DNA of 64,000 nucleotides from Lytechinus pictus (GCF_037042905.1 NC_087250.1:18168001-18232000); one strand, 5' to 3'. Positions 14,831 to 29,233 are shown, counted from the first letter of the stretch. A program made the numbers and translations. The notes: a model not told the origin generated them from the sequence alone.

Positions 14831-15714
14831 TGTTGTGTAGGATGGTGGACTCAGGATTTTCCAAGGAGGGGGGGGGGCACATTTTTTTCCAAGAAATTTT
14901 GACAAGCAAAAAAAAAGATTTCCGGCAAAAATTACAAATATTTTAGATGACTCAAAATGGGGAAGCACATTTACGTAATAATGACGAATTTACATTACAA
15001 ATGTTAGGCTCTCAAAAGGGGACTACGGCCCGGATGCGCGTTTCTGTTTTACATCCTGGCGAAGGCAATCTCCGCAAAAATCGCTACAGAGCGACTAGTG
15101 AAGAGTCTACACACGTCACTGGTTTCTCCCCACACCACAACTCTGGCTGTGGCTACACGGCCGCGGCACTCATGAATTAAATCCGAACCATGCTTTTGCA
15201 ATGGCGTTTGTATACACAAGGAGGTGAAAACCTACAATTCGGGCAATAGCTAAAGTAATTTAGTACTATTAATCTTGTCTTATCATTGTTATCATTGTTT
15301 GTCTTATCATATAATGATAAGACAATAATAATAACAATACAAAGCGAATGAGAATCTCCGAGAATCTACAGCATGTAGAAGTTGTTTCCACTTTAAGCAA
15401 TAAACCTAACGTGATTCTGTAAATCAATATAGCAATGGAAAATAATATTCAGATCGAGAAATTTACATTTGAGACCCGTGGTTTTCTTGACAGTTGAGGA
15501 AAACTTCAGCTATGCAAATATTTAGATCGACAGATTTGAACGGGGAGCGAGGTTGGATGGAGGGAAAAGGCGAGTTGGACTCAGGGGAGAGATTGCGAGA
15601 GGGAGGTTGAAGGAAAAAAAAACAGTAAGGGGGGTGACACTAGAAAGAAAGGAACAGAGATTGAGATGGAGGAGGGGGGTTAGTGAGGACATTATTTTTT
15701 TTATCATTAGGCCT

Positions 15715-16780
15715 ATTTACTTCCGTTTTATTTCAGCAGGGTAGCCCTTTCAGTTACAAAACTGCTCTACCAAAAGGCCCTGCACAATAAAAAAGACAAA
15801 TACATATAAATAACAATTTACACACAAAAAACTTCAAACTGAATACTTAACTACAAATATTTACTCAAGTAAAATCACATAAAATTAGAATTAAAAAACT
15901 TAAATCACATACAAGCATTAAGTTTAAATTAAATATAAAATAACACAACTATAATATTTACATTAAATCAAAGTTAACACTGCTTTTTAAAAGTCGGAGT
16001 TAAGAGTTAAAATTGTTTCTTAAATTTGGGAAAATATGTTATAGTTTCCATATTCTGGGGTAAACTGTTCCATGGATTTGAACCATAAAAATGCAAAGAT
16101 TTCTTGTAATACTCTGTTCGAGGTGTTTTGATTTTTAATGGGCAAGAATGTGCATCGAGTTTGAAAGTTAATATCACGATAAACAATAATTTCCTTTGAA
16201 TATGTTGGAACTAAATCATTAATTAATGTAAAAATGATGAGGTAGATCTGATACTGTTGTCTTTGTACAATGGTTTGCAAGCCTTGGGTGCGAAGAACAT
16301 TGGAAGGTATTGAAAAATCAGCATTAAAAATCAAACGAGCATACTTGTTTTGGAGTTTTTGTATTTTCTTAATATTGCACTTACTAGTTCTGCCCCAAAT
16401 AACGATACCGTAATCAATATGTGGCAAGATTAATGCATTATATAACATGATTAAAATATTTTGCGGAATATTGTGTTTTATCTGTCTGATACAACCAATT
16501 ATTCTTGAAATCTTCGTAAATACTTTTACAATATGTTTGTTCCATGAAAAACAATCATCAAGAACAACACCTAAATATTTGAATTCATGAACCTGCTCGA
16601 TAATTTCTTTTTTATATTTTATAATCAAATTAGCATTTTAACTTTCCTTTTTGACCCAATCAACATACTTTTGCATTTATTTGAATTCAATTCTAAGCTA
16701 TTACATTCTACCCAGTTACATATCTTGGTAAATTCTTTTTGGAGTAATTTATTCAGAATTGTTTATTACGCGAGTCCGTT
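15715..16780 (-). mobile_element. CR1/L2 LINE 3' fragment
   Basis: FKYLGVVLD...W..HI, YNALILPHIDYG..IWG, QKLQNK. Confidence 0.85.
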
Positions 16781-17155
16781 CATTCATGTTTCATAAATAA
16801 ACAGAGAGTGCAAGAAAGAGTGAGGGGGAAAGAACTTGGCTATCATAGTGAAAGATGGATGGGGCGACGAGGACATTGCGGCGAGTCAGTTCATTCATGA
16901 TTCATAAAGAAACAGAGAGCGTGTGTGAAGACAGAGAGAGGAAGGGAGATTGCACGAGAGAGGCGGAGAGAGAGAAATCGAAACTTGAGAAAGCGTCAGG
17001 GAGAGTGCTCGTCCATTCGTTCATGTACAAATTCATGAAGCTTGAGAACGATCGCAAAGTCCATCAAGCGCCTGCGCACTTCAGTTTTTTTTAGCTCAAC
17101 TTATGAATAATTAATGCACCATAGCGTTCCCATGTACGAAAAAAAATATTCGCGA

Positions 17156-17557
17156 CCCGGGGGGGGGGGGGCAGTCAAATATATTGCTGTACACACCTGT
17201 GACCAAGTAATTTCCAAACACCCCCTAAACGAGTTTTTCGCTGTATGCAAAATAACCCCCTTAACAATTTTTTGCGGGCTTTATTTACACATTTTGGCCC
17301 CTAAACAAGTTGTCCCCGAAATATGACCTCGGGGAAAAAAGCTTGGGGGAAAAACATATTCTAAATACGTTTGGCTAGTCTTTAAAAATAAAGCTTTGGG
17401 GGAAAAACATACCTTAAATACGTCTGACCCCGCGACTGACCATTGATCAGTTTTTAAAAACCACCCTTTTTCTTGAAAATCGGTGTTTTGATACCCTTAA
17501 CGAGTCCACGCGTGTTTACAGCAATATATTTGACTGCCCCCCCCCCCCCCTTCTGGG
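17156..17557. mobile_element. MITE with poly-G/poly-C TIRs
   Basis: cccggg(g)n-cagtcaaatatattgctgt ... acagcaatatatttgactg-(c)n; no clear TSD. Confidence 0.75.
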
Positions 17558-17989
17558 TTCCCAGGGCCATGGGGCAGGGCGAAAAAGACTGTGAAATTTG
17601 ATTTCTATTATCTGACTTGTAATTGTTTATACAAAACACGGGCGGTCGGGCGCGCACACACTTGATTCGACATAAAACCTAGAAGTTTCAAGGCTAACCA
17701 CACCCATGTCCCTCCCTGCTATCGAGTAGTGTGTTAATATGGTTATCACGTATCGCGCGCGACCACGTCTGTATCGGAGCGCCGGAGCTTGATTGAGTCG
17801 CGTTATAAGAGGGACGTTATTGGAATATGTGAGACTATGTAAATGATTTGCAATTGTCGGATGTGATAATTATGTACATTATAACATATATGAAAAAATA
17901 CAAAGGGAACCTGATTTCGTGGGGGTGCTGCCTATGGAAAATAATACACGCAGCACCCCCAGCACCCCCGCTTCCCAGGTCCCTGTTTT

Positions 17990-19267
17990 AATGTCCGTTT
18001 TATGGTGTGAATATAACTTGCAGCTTGCGCTATGCGCTCGCATTATTTGATTTGCCAAATTAAATAACAAACTACTTAACCCCCCCCCCCCTTTATGACA
18101 GTTTACCAAAAATTTCGTCTCACGATTTGCACTCGCATTTTTGTTTAAAATATATCAACTAACAAATCCTATTCATGATTGCAAAGGTGCTTAAAATATC
18201 AAGTTTTCAGGCGTCTGTGTCAACACATTTCACTCACTCATTAGGCTTATTACATTAATAAATATAATAATAAAATTTTTATGAATTCTTAATGAATAAA
18301 TTATCCCTTTTCAGGAAAGAATATCGACAATACCACAATTTCATATGTTTCATATCGTGCTTAGGAAAAGGAATAAGAAAGTTGTCATCATTTTCATATG
18401 ATGACAAAATGTCCTTAGACCTAGAATGTCCAGGTCCTAGGTCAAAATAATAATGAAGATACCAGCTCGCGCTTCACACTCGCATCATTTATTAAATGTT
18501 TTCCACATTCACTTCACACTTTCCCTACACAATACTTTAGATAGTGCTCAAATTCACAATTTCATACAGGAATGTCAAGTATTTTCCGCTCGCGCTTCGC
18601 GCTCGCATTATTGATTTTCGTGATAAAAATATCAGAATGCCCAGATTCTGTTTAACTCTAAAACACGCGCACAACATTGAGATAAGCAGCTTCATCTTTA
18701 TTCAAAACGTGCTAAAATTATCTAGTTTCAGGTAAGATCGCGCTTTGCGCTCGCATAATTAATGTAGGAAGAAACCAAATTACCCATCTTTTTTCATGAT
18801 TTACAAAACATGATTAGAGTGCCCCATTTTTAGGTCTCATTTTTTTTCCGCTCGCGCTTTGCGCTCGCATCAATTGTTTGGTTTTATACCTATACCGTTA
18901 ATGATTAAAAAAAAGTGCTAAGAATTTCATTTTTTTAGGTAAGAATGTCAAAAGAAATTTCTGCTCGCGCTTCGCGCTCGCAGTAATTATCTAGTTACAT
19001 ACGGATCTTATTCAGGTTCACAAACATTGCCCAGAATAGTCAATTTTCAGGTTAAAATATATACATGCAATTCCATAAAATTTCAGCTTGCGCTTTGCGC
19101 TCACACTATTTAAATAGGGCTTATAAGATAATTATACTTTTTATGTTCTTTTATAAGAATAAAGCGTAGAAATGACTGTTAGGACATCAACTTTGAGCGG
19201 CCGATCTGGGTAAATATTGGTGAAAAAATTCGGGCCCCCCTATTGGTGAGAGCTGGATCTGCCCATG
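17990..19267. repeat. Array of spaced GCTCGCGCTTCGCGCTCGCAT motifs (probable hAT-MITE interior)
   Basis: About 8 degenerate copies, mostly ~100-150 bp apart; the same motif occurs inverted within the hAT element at 20144-20809. Confidence 0.7.
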
Positions 19268-19802
19268 CCATCTGCAAATCTTTAGGAAACCCAGAATTCG
19301 ATTATAATTTGTATGTCACCGTAGCATAAGATCATTCGTTTTGGAAATCTTCGCAGTGGCGTAGTATACGGGGGCCGTTTTATGGTCTAAATATTATCAT
19401 TTTCATATCACGCTGCTCGGTCGCATTATTTGATTTGCATAGGCTTACTTCTTTATAAATTCTTACAAACCGTCCTTAAAATGCACCTTAAACAAATTGA
19501 ATACTATCATGATTGCCAATTTGTATAGAAAAAACACTGTATTTGATTATGTCATATTGTTTACAATTTAGTAATTTTGGTATTTAATTTCCTTATTTAA
19601 TGTTTAATTGCTTTCACTCAAGAAAAATACAGACAAAAACACCTAGTAATTTTACCATTTAAGGCCTAAATGGTAAAATTACAAGGTGTTTTTGTATGTA
19701 TTATAAGTTATAAAGCCACATCTTAATCTGGAATGTGCACCAATTGTTTCATAATTTTTAGCTTCTTGTTAGTTGAATTGTTTTAAAATAACAGTTTATA
19801 GG

Positions 19803-19975
19803 TCCGGGGGTAATTGTCCGGGGGATTATTGTCCTCGGGGGTTATTGTCCAGGGGGTAATTGTCCGTGGGGTAGTTGTCCTCTGGGGTAATTGTCCGGGG
19901 GTAGTTGTCCGGGGGGTAATTGTCTTCGGGGGGTAATTGTCCGGGGGTAGTTGTCCGGGGGGGGGGAATTGTCCT
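19803..19975 (+). repeat. G-rich minisatellite (CCGGGGGTAATTGT)n, ~11 units of 14-17 bp
   Basis: Directly visible tandem units. Confidence 0.95.
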
Positions 19976-20143
19976 AGAACCCATCATACGCCATCTACGA
20001 GGAGAATCTGCCAGTCGGGTTATTCCCCGACCGAGTACTGTGTATTCCGCAATCCGTCATAACGGGACGCAACAACAAAGACTCGGCTATCAGTATAACG
20101 ACACTCAAGGACAAGCTCAAGAACGTACTCCTGTACTGTATAG

Positions 20144-20809
20144 CAGGGGCGTCGATCCATTTTTCAGATTGGGGGGGGGGGGCAAAATTATGACTCAACG
20201 TTCCAAAGGCGCTCGATCACACAAACAAACTCACCCCCCCCCCCACACACACATAGGCATATATATATATATATATATATGACTCATGAGAAAGAGACAC
20301 ATATCTCACCAACAAATTAATGCGAGCGCGAAGCGCGAGCGGAAATTTTTTTGCTATACTTTAATTTTGATATCTCGATCTGAAAAAAAATGACAGTTTA
20401 ATGGACGTTTTTAATAAAGAATAAGATATATATCCAACAAAAGATTATTACAAATCGAAGCGGGAGTTCTTTTGAGGTTTAGAGCTGAAAACGGGACATT
20501 GTATTCACCTATTTAATCATGAAAAGTATGGGTTTTCGCTACAGAAATGATGCGAGCGCGAAGCGCGAGCTGAAAATTTTTATATTTCAATCTGAAAGGC
20601 GGACATTTTGAGCATGATTTTAAATAAAGAACGAATTATGTATCTCAATCTCGCTTGCTGATTTCTGTGTAACATTACAATCTTATTTTATTTTTGCACA
20701 TGCGGAATTATTGGGGGGGGCAAAACGATATGTTTGCCCCCCCCAATATTTTCATTGGTGGGGCAATCGCCCCCTGCCCCCCCCCCCCCCCCAAGGATCG
20801 ACGCCTCTG
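20144..20809. mobile_element. hAT-type MITE, 666 bp, 8-bp TSD CTGTATAG
   Basis: CAGGGGCGTCGATCC ... GGATCGACGCCTCTG, flanked by ctgtatag at 20136-20143 and 20810-20817. Confidence 0.92.
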
Positions 20810-21354
20810 CTGTATAGTGATGTTCGGAAGTCTGCTCCAGATTCGAGCCACAATACAGATGCTCTTATAACTATGGAGAGATGGACCACATACAGCAAAA
20901 ATGCCGCTAGGACGGTGCCATAAGATGTCATAACTGTAAAAGATTGGGCCACAAAGCAAAACAATGTGACTTCTTAAACAACTACATGTATTGATGGCGT
21001 GGCCAAGAAAAGAGTGCCGATCTCTGGGCCTCTGACTGTGTTTCCCGTGATTTAAAAAATCACATTTATGATTCTGACTGTCCTGTTCATGTAATTTCAA
21101 ACAACAAAATAACTAATTCAAATATTCAACAAAATGCTATTGTAACTGAACATAATGAAATGGAACATTGCTCTATCAGTCCCAATTTATCTGCTTTACG
21201 CTCATCTACACAAGACGATTTGATGTCAGAAGTTACAACGGCTACTGACCGAAGGTTTGACATTTCGAATAATATATTTGCTACTAAATTTCCCAAATCA
21301 TCGTCTGTATAAAAGTCTGGAATTAGCATTGCCCATCTTAATGTCAGGACTCTA

Positions 21355-21593
21355 CACAGCAAAAACTGTGGTGTTAACCGGTGTACATAGAGGACCACAC
21401 CAGTTATTTTACACCGGTGTTAAATTGGTGGTGTTAGTTTTACACCTATAGGTGTTATTACAACACCTTTGGTTATTACATTTACACTCTTTGGTGTTAT
21501 GTTCAATCCCTAGGGTGTAATTTTAACACTTCAGGGTGTGGTCCTCTATTGACACCAACTGGTGTAAGTTTTAACACCACAGTTTTTACAGTG
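21355..21593. mobile_element. 239-bp MITE with CAC..GTG termini and TA TSD (EnSpm/CACTA-like)
   Basis: CACAGCAAAAACTGTGGTGTTAA ... TTAACACCACAGTTTTTACAGTG; removing it restores LINE ORF2 (LNVRTL-YPNLDQ). Confidence 0.88.
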
Positions 21594-24500
21594 TATATCC
21601 AAACCTAGATCAAGTGAAAATTCTAGTAAATGAACATAATTTCGATGTCTTGGGACTGAATGAGACCCGATTGTGTGACACGATTGATAACCAACAAAAA
21701 CATATTAATGATTACATGGTATATAGAAAAGACAGAAATAGGCAGGGTGGAGGCGTACTTGTATATATAAATGAAAAACGCCTCGAACATACATTAAGAT
21801 CTGATTTAAAGTCAGGAGACCTTGAAATGATTGCTGTTGAAGTGAGACAACCAAAGTCTGCTACGATGATTATACTAGCCTGGTACCGCCCACCTGGCTC
21901 TAGCATGTATTTGTTTGATATTATTGAAAATGTGTGATCCAAGTTGGATGATGAATCTAAGGATATTATCCTAATAGGAGACTTAAATTGTGATCTATTA
22001 GCTTTCCCTCCCAGCTGCTATTCAAAGAGACTAATTGAATTGTCGAATTGTTATTCCTTACGTCAAATAATTGAGACACCAACCAGAGTTGATCAAAAGT
22101 ATCAAACTCTCATTGATGTTATTTATACTTCCAATACTTCTAAAATAGAATAGTGTGGCGTTATACATACCGGGATTAGTGACCATTCACTTGTTTTTGC
22201 TTTATTTGGTAAAAGGCGGTTTAATAAATGTCATCATGCGTACAAGGTGTACAGGAATTATAAAAGATTCAATGGCGACGCATTTCGTGAAGAAGTAGGT
22301 AATACTAATTACAACGATGTGTACAGTTCTTCAACGGTTGATGATTCTGCCAGTTCTTTTATAAATTTGTGTTCGTTATCATGTAATACATTTGCCCCAT
22401 TAAGAAAAAGGATATATATATAAAGGGACAGCCTTCCATGAAATGATACAGATATTCTGGCAATGATTCGTAAAACAGACAGCATGAAAAGAAAAGCAGT
22501 TAAAGATAATCAGGATGAAGATTGGAAAGCATATAAGAAAATGAGGAATTTTGTAACAACAAAACTGAAGTACAAAAAATAGATTTACTTTCAGACAAAA
22601 ATCGAGACTTCGAAAGGCAATGTAAAAGAAACATAGAAAAATCTGAATATGCTTTTGAATAGAAACAATTAATCAAATGAAATACCGTTTATAAAAAGTG
22701 ATGATACTGGTATTTATGATCCTATTCTGATTGCCGGAAAAACTAAATGAACATTTTGTTAATATAGGACCCCAGTTAGCAAATTCAATTATAGAGCCCA
22801 CAGATCATTCCGATCTTACGTATTCTTTCCATCATTTGCCTCAAAATACACATTTTCATTTCACACTGGTTAATGAAAGTGAGGTGTATAGGTATTTCTT
22901 GAATTTACCAAATTATAAAGCTATGGGGTGCGATTTGTTACCCGCTAAATTGATCAAATTAGTTGCCGAATATATAACTCAGCCCTAAACACATATAATA
23001 AACTTGTCTTTTATATTCGGTGAAGTTCCTGAAATGTGGAAAAATGCTATCATGACTGCATTACACAAAGGAGGCTCTAATGAACTTAATAATTTCAGAC
23101 CGATTTATATTTTACCAATCTTATCAAAGATCTTAGAAAGAATAGTTTTTAACCAATTGTACGATTATATTATTCATCTCTTGAATGCTTCCCAATCAGA
23201 CTTTAGGCCCCTTCATTCAACCATGACAACACTGCTTTCAATCACCGATGATTGGTTTAATGAATTTGATAACGGGAATATTTATGTGCTGTCATGCTTG
23301 ATCTGCGCAAAGCGTTTGACCCTGCAAGTCACGAATTGTTAATCGATAAATTATGTCAGTATGGTGTGGATAGAGTGTCAATAAAATGGTTCACGAATTA
23401 TTTAAAAGGAAGAGGGCAGGTTACAAGAGTCAGTGGCCATATATCACAAACTCGCCTTATCCTGGGTGGTATTCCCCAAGGGTCAATATTGGGATCCCTA
23501 CTTTTTATCTTATTTGTTAATGATCTACCGTCCATTTAAAACATTGCAAAGTTAGCTTGTATGCCGATGATACGATGATTTATTGCTCAGGCAAAAGCCC
23601 CACTGAAATATGTTTTAAGATTAATGAAGATCTAGAAAACAAGAAAATTGTTGATTAAGAATCAACTACATTTAAACATCGATAAAACCGAGTACATTGT
23701 ACTAAGTACCAAACAAAGGCTCTGTAAAATTGAAAATGCTATGTTTCAGATACATATTGATAATACTCCATTGCGTAAGGTAGATGAACGTAAATATTTA
23801 GATGTTATTCTTGATTCTAATTTAACATGGCAAAAACATTTAAATTATGTTCAGAAGAAAGTAAATGGTGGTTTATTCATGCTAAAGTCTATAAAGAACT
23901 TCGTCGACGAAAATGATCTGATCATTGTTTATAATTCCCTGATAATGTCACATTTTAACTATTGTGATGCTGTATGGGGTAACTGCGGGTTGATTAATCA
24001 AAAAGTTCTTCAAAAGCTAAAAAATACCTGAAATAGGGCTGCCCGAATAATAAATCGATCTCCATGGTATTCATCTTCCAAAGAAAATTTGAATAAATTA
24101 AAATGGGCAACGCTACAAGAAAACAGAAGTGACAACATTGCTATAATGATGTTTAAGATAATGACAGGACAGGCACCGACATATTTAATTGAAAGATTTT
24201 CATTTTATAGGCATACATAATACACGGTCAGGTCCATTAACTTTAAATATCCCCCAAGCAAAAACCGAATCTGGTAAGAAACTTTTACGTTCAGGGGGGC
24301 TCAATGCTGGAACTCACTACCAATTCAAATGCAACAATCTAATACCACTACCAGTTTCAAAAGGGCTTTAACTAATTTAAGGAAATGAATCACAAAGGGA
24401 TATGTCGGTGGGGGAGGGTATATCTTCTTTTTTTCCTTTTCTTTTTATGTTTTACATGATTTTTTTACCCATTATACCTGTATGCGTTATATCATAGGGA

Positions 24501-24948
24501 TGAGACTTAATAATGACGGGTGTTTGGAAGGGTGTATGGTGTGTATCTGTTTGTGTGTAAGGGTGAGTGTACAGTGCTGTTAGACAGAGTTTTTTTCTCA
24601 ACAATTCAAAATAATCCATTTATAATTATGTATCTGAGTAACATTTCACCCAATGACAATGTTATATTTTCTGTATTATGCATTCATATTGAAGATATTC
24701 TGTATATTTCCAACTTATCATTTGATTACAATTCGTAATTATTTGTATAAACTTACCTTTTTGTATTATCACCTGGTAATAATCACAATTATTATATTTT
24801 ATGTATTATTCATGTATACTAAGATTGGGTGCCTTCTACTTTGTACATTTTATTCATGGCACGGCCCCAGTGCAAATCAGACTCTGTATCTGTTTGGGGT
24901 TTTTACCGTGTGAAAATAAAATGTATTTATCTATCTATCTTTCTATCT

Positions 24949-25275
24949 AGGTCCCCCAAGTCCATCTACCATCCAAATTTGGTTGAAAAGTGACTTACGT
25001 TTGCGGAGTTAGGTGTTATAAGAGACATAACTTGCATGTAAACTTTAACGTTGACCTGCAGTTAACTTTATCGTTGACCTAAAAATGACCTTTGACCTTA
25101 CCATGTGACCTCCGACTGCAGCATAACATGCAGGTCCCTCAAGTCCATCTACCATCCAAGTTTCGTTGAAAAGCGACTTACGGTTGTGGAGTTATGTGTC
25201 ATTAGGTTCGTGACGGACGGACAACGGAAGACATTTGGATCCCTATATCTCTCCTTCACCTCTGGTGGGCGAGAT
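24949..25275. repeat. Interspersed repeat with ~183-bp internal duplication and TGACCTTTGACCT motif
   Basis: aggtccc..aagtccatctaccatccaa at ~24949 and ~25132. Confidence 0.65.
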
Positions 25276-27346
25276 AAAAAAATAAAAGTAATCTAACAAG
25301 CACTTTAAATTACAGAGATCCAAACAAATTCGGACTGACTACAACCTCGGACCACGTTTTCATGTTGAATATAATTAACGATTTAAAAGACCATAGCATA
25401 TAGTTTCAAATTTAATTCATATATTCAATATATTTCAGTTTTAATGGAGTTTTAATTGAGTTGAAAACCCAATCGCATATCTTTAATAATCTCTCTAAGG
25501 ATAATAACAATAAGAAGAATAATGAATCACTGAAAAAAGATGGTACTTCGAAAATGGGAGAAGATTGAGAATAAGAAAAGGAAAGAAAGGAAAAAAAAAA
25601 CGAAAAGGAAGGAGAACAAAAAGTAACGAGTTGATTGCGGTAATAATGAAATATCTGGTCGCCATTATATCCAACAAACAACAACAACAAAATTTTAATA
25701 TAATTCGATTCATCAGAAAGGGGGATAACAAATATGAATCATCAGTTTAATCCAAAATGTCATAGTTATCTGGAAATTACATATAGTGTGAATTAGGCTT
25801 AGGCTTATAACATCTGAATTCCATCTGTGAAAAAAAATGATTTTAATCCCAAATGAATTATTCGTCAGTTGCAGTATGATATATCATTTATCGATGCTTG
25901 CAAATATATCTGTATTCATCTCCTTTTAATCTTCGTGAATATTTTGGTATTGACATAAAAGGAAACGAATTTTTATTTTGGACATAATATCACAGACCCC
26001 AATATTTGATTGAATCACAGCACACTGGTCATGTATACCTTCTGTGACATCATATCATGAGGGGAAGGGAGGATTATTGTAATATATATATATATATATT
26101 ACCCGGGTATATAATGCCCGGGTTCTCCACCATGTTGTGTTGGGATCGTTCATATCTTAGTTGGGAGCATCAATGACCACACAGGAACGTTCGATGTACA
26201 ATTCAATCGAGAAACTTTATTAATCATCCATCTCAAGGAATATTACATGTAGAGTTGAAAAGCGTATGTCAGATCTTCACTCTGTGATAACCTCAACTTA
26301 TCTAACCTCCACCCTTGGGTGTACACTCAATATATATTCAAGCTTTTACATAAATTATAATCCAAGTGTTTGGGTATAGGACAAAAGGGGGGTTTGATTA
26401 TTGGGAAGGGGAAGGCATTTCTTTGTTCTATGATTAGGGGTTGCTTGAACTATTAACAATAAGGGTTTTTATTGGCGTGGATTAAATAATTGAATAAGGG
26501 TTCTGAGAAGGGGGTATGGACATAAAAAGGGATGGTTCTGAGAAGGGGTATTTTACATTATGATGTCTAGGCTATATGTATGTAGTGATTTATACAATCA
26601 CTACATTACAATATATATTTGGCATTCCTTAACTGTAAAATGACTGGCCTATTTGAGATGTAGTGAGGACGGGGGGCATGATGCCCACCCTTCTGATCTC
26701 AGCCGCCGTTCGCACCGAAATTTGGCTACAAGCTAAAAAAAAATTCTGAAAAAAATAATTTTTTAATTATTATGAATAGAATATGCAAATTTATTCATGA
26801 AAAACATTATTTGCATATTTAACACCCTATTTCGCTGCAAATTTACTTTTTTTAAGACGTCATATTTGTAATCTAAATGCCCCCAGCTCTTTTGGGGTTA
26901 AAGGTAAATAATTGGGCCTGAATGTGCTTGCCTGCACATAAAAAAACACGCACAATTAAACATTAAGACGCAGTTCAAATTATTAGTACCTTAATTCAGA
27001 GGGTCATGTCCCATACGTTTACTTTTGCTATTATCACGATACAACCTCACAAAATCATAAAGTTCATGTTTCATAGTAAGCGTTAATTTTCTTCCATTTG
27101 CATCACAAATCGAAATAATGAAATTTATATAAAACATGTAGGCCTATAGCGCTTTTCCATCTTAATTAGATGTTCAAGGCACTTCAGAGCAAATTAAAGA
27201 AATTGAGAATTTTCCATTTGAGACGAAGAAAAGCAAATCATGAAAAAAAAATGGTAGAAAATGGGTTTACAGCATGAATTTGCGGCTTTAACACAATGCA
27301 GTTCAATTCCACAATAAAAGTATCATATTATGTAGGCCAATGAAAC

Positions 27347-27742
27347 GGTTTAGTTTCATTTAGTCCAAAGCCAATTCGTTCGATTGCCAACTCATCTGCT
27401 ATCATTTGGTCTACCATCACTTCGTTCAATATCAACATGGTCTAATTGCCATTTCGTCTAACAACAAGTTTTTCCAATAACCATTTAGTCCATAAACCAT
27501 TTGGTCTAATTAGACTATGTGTTTATTAGGCAAAATGAATGAAAATAAAACGAATATTAGACCGACTTCGAATATTAGACCAACTTATTAGAGGAAATGG
27601 TCATAGACGAACTGGTGATTAGACGAAGTGATGATTGGACCAAATGGTTGTTAGACGAAATGTCGATGGCCAGATTAGACTAAATGAAGGTTGACCATGT
27701 GGTGAGTGGACGAGTTGGCAGTGGACGAATTGGCAATTCACC
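27347..27742. mobile_element. MITE built from short inverted subrepeats, GG..CC ends, 8-bp TSD AATGAAAC
   Basis: aatgaaac at 27339-27346 and 27743-27750; left half gtcta/gtcca repeats, right half tagac/tggac repeats. Confidence 0.7.
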
Positions 27743-29202
27743 AATGAAACTTCAGACATTTCTGGAGAGCGTTACATGAAAAGTTCTGTCAGTAATTGTA
27801 CTCATTAATTACTCTCAACCAATCAGATGCATGGACTTGCAGTAGTTGTTGTTTTTTAATGTTCGGAAGGGGTTTGAGCAGTAGGGATAGGGGGCAGACC
27901 ATGCAAATATAGAGAAATAATTAAAACACACATACACACACCATCGGATGAGTACAAAGGAAACGGATCGCATAATTACTGATGACAAAAATGAAAGAAA
28001 AAATCATAATGAAAATAATAATAACATTATCAAACATTCATAAAAGGGTGAGTTGTTCTTTTTGAAAGCATGGAGGATGAAGGGGGCGTGGTGCTGCTAT
28101 ATGGTGTAACACCATACGCAACGCCCCCATCTTCCCTAGAAATTAGATTTATATGCTGTAATGTATAGATTTGACACAAATTAACCTTCTTTTCTTTTCA
28201 TTGTTTGTTTTTTTGTCGGGCTTGTCATTTTACGGACCAAATGCATTTGGTTGTTACATCTCCTTTTTAAGAATGGTTTCTAGGTCCCTGCCTTTTTCCA
28301 ATATCAACGAAAACCAGTGAATATGGGAAAAATACCTGAACAAACAAACACACACACACAAAACTCTAGTGCCATAATATTTCGATGAAGTAATATTCTG
28401 ATTCGATAAACCATGCATGTACCCTTCGTGCCTATATAGTCTATCTTACGCATGTTAGACTTAGTCAAATTGTAAAGAAGACATGCAGGAACATTATTCT
28501 AGGTCCCTAGGCTGATATGCTAAGGAAATGATAAGGGGGGCTACAGTGATGTATAAAAACAAAAGACTATATCTAAAAAATCAACTCTCGAACGAAACCA
28601 AAAACGACTCCCGCGTTTTACCAAGGATTGCGCTAGAATCAATTCATTGTCATCATATATTTAGAAATACAGACTTTACAGATTTTGTTGTGATGGTCGA
28701 CTTCGCAAAACGTCCAAAAGTCTCGTACAAAATGTAATGATTATTTTGATACCGTTCTAGTGAGCGAATCAATTACAACGTATACATTCCAATTACAGAT
28801 ACAAAAAAAAAACACTAAAATGTTAAAGATGTCCGTAACGTCAGTAAACAACGGCAATTTTTTTTTAATAGAAAATGGTACGTTGTTTAAGCCTGTCACT
28901 CTAACAACAAGTTGTGTAAACTTCTTTTTTGATTGATTGATTGATTCATTCATTTATTTCCACACTTCATAAAAAGAACAATACAGAGTAAAGATGGTAT
29001 TACAAAATACAGTACAATATATTCCGATGCATAAAGAGAACATACACTACACAAAACAATATACCAAAATATGAACAATACTTAAATCAGACAAGAAGCG
29101 AAACAGTATATGTAAATGTGGGGGATCATTTAAAAAGTTAAAAACTTATAACATAATCCCAATTTTGTCAATAAAAGTTTGAGTTTTGCAGAGAAAGACT
29201 AG

Positions 29203-29233
<31 letters not shown>

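Larger units (their letters stand above)
19985..24948 (+). mobile_element. Long degenerate CR1/L2-group LINE: ORF1 remnant with CCHC knuckles plus EN-RT ORF2
   Basis: CHNCKRLGHKAKQC at 20926-20967; IAHLNVRTL, GLNETRL, WYRPP, GDLN, DLRKAFD, GIPQGSILG, LYADD; (TCTA)n tail. Confidence 0.9.

Noticed and set aside
17990..19267. CRISPR-like repeat-spacer appearance
   Set aside because: Eukaryotic context, degenerate repeats, irregular spacers of ~75-320 bp, no cas genes, and the motif also occurs inside a hAT MITE.
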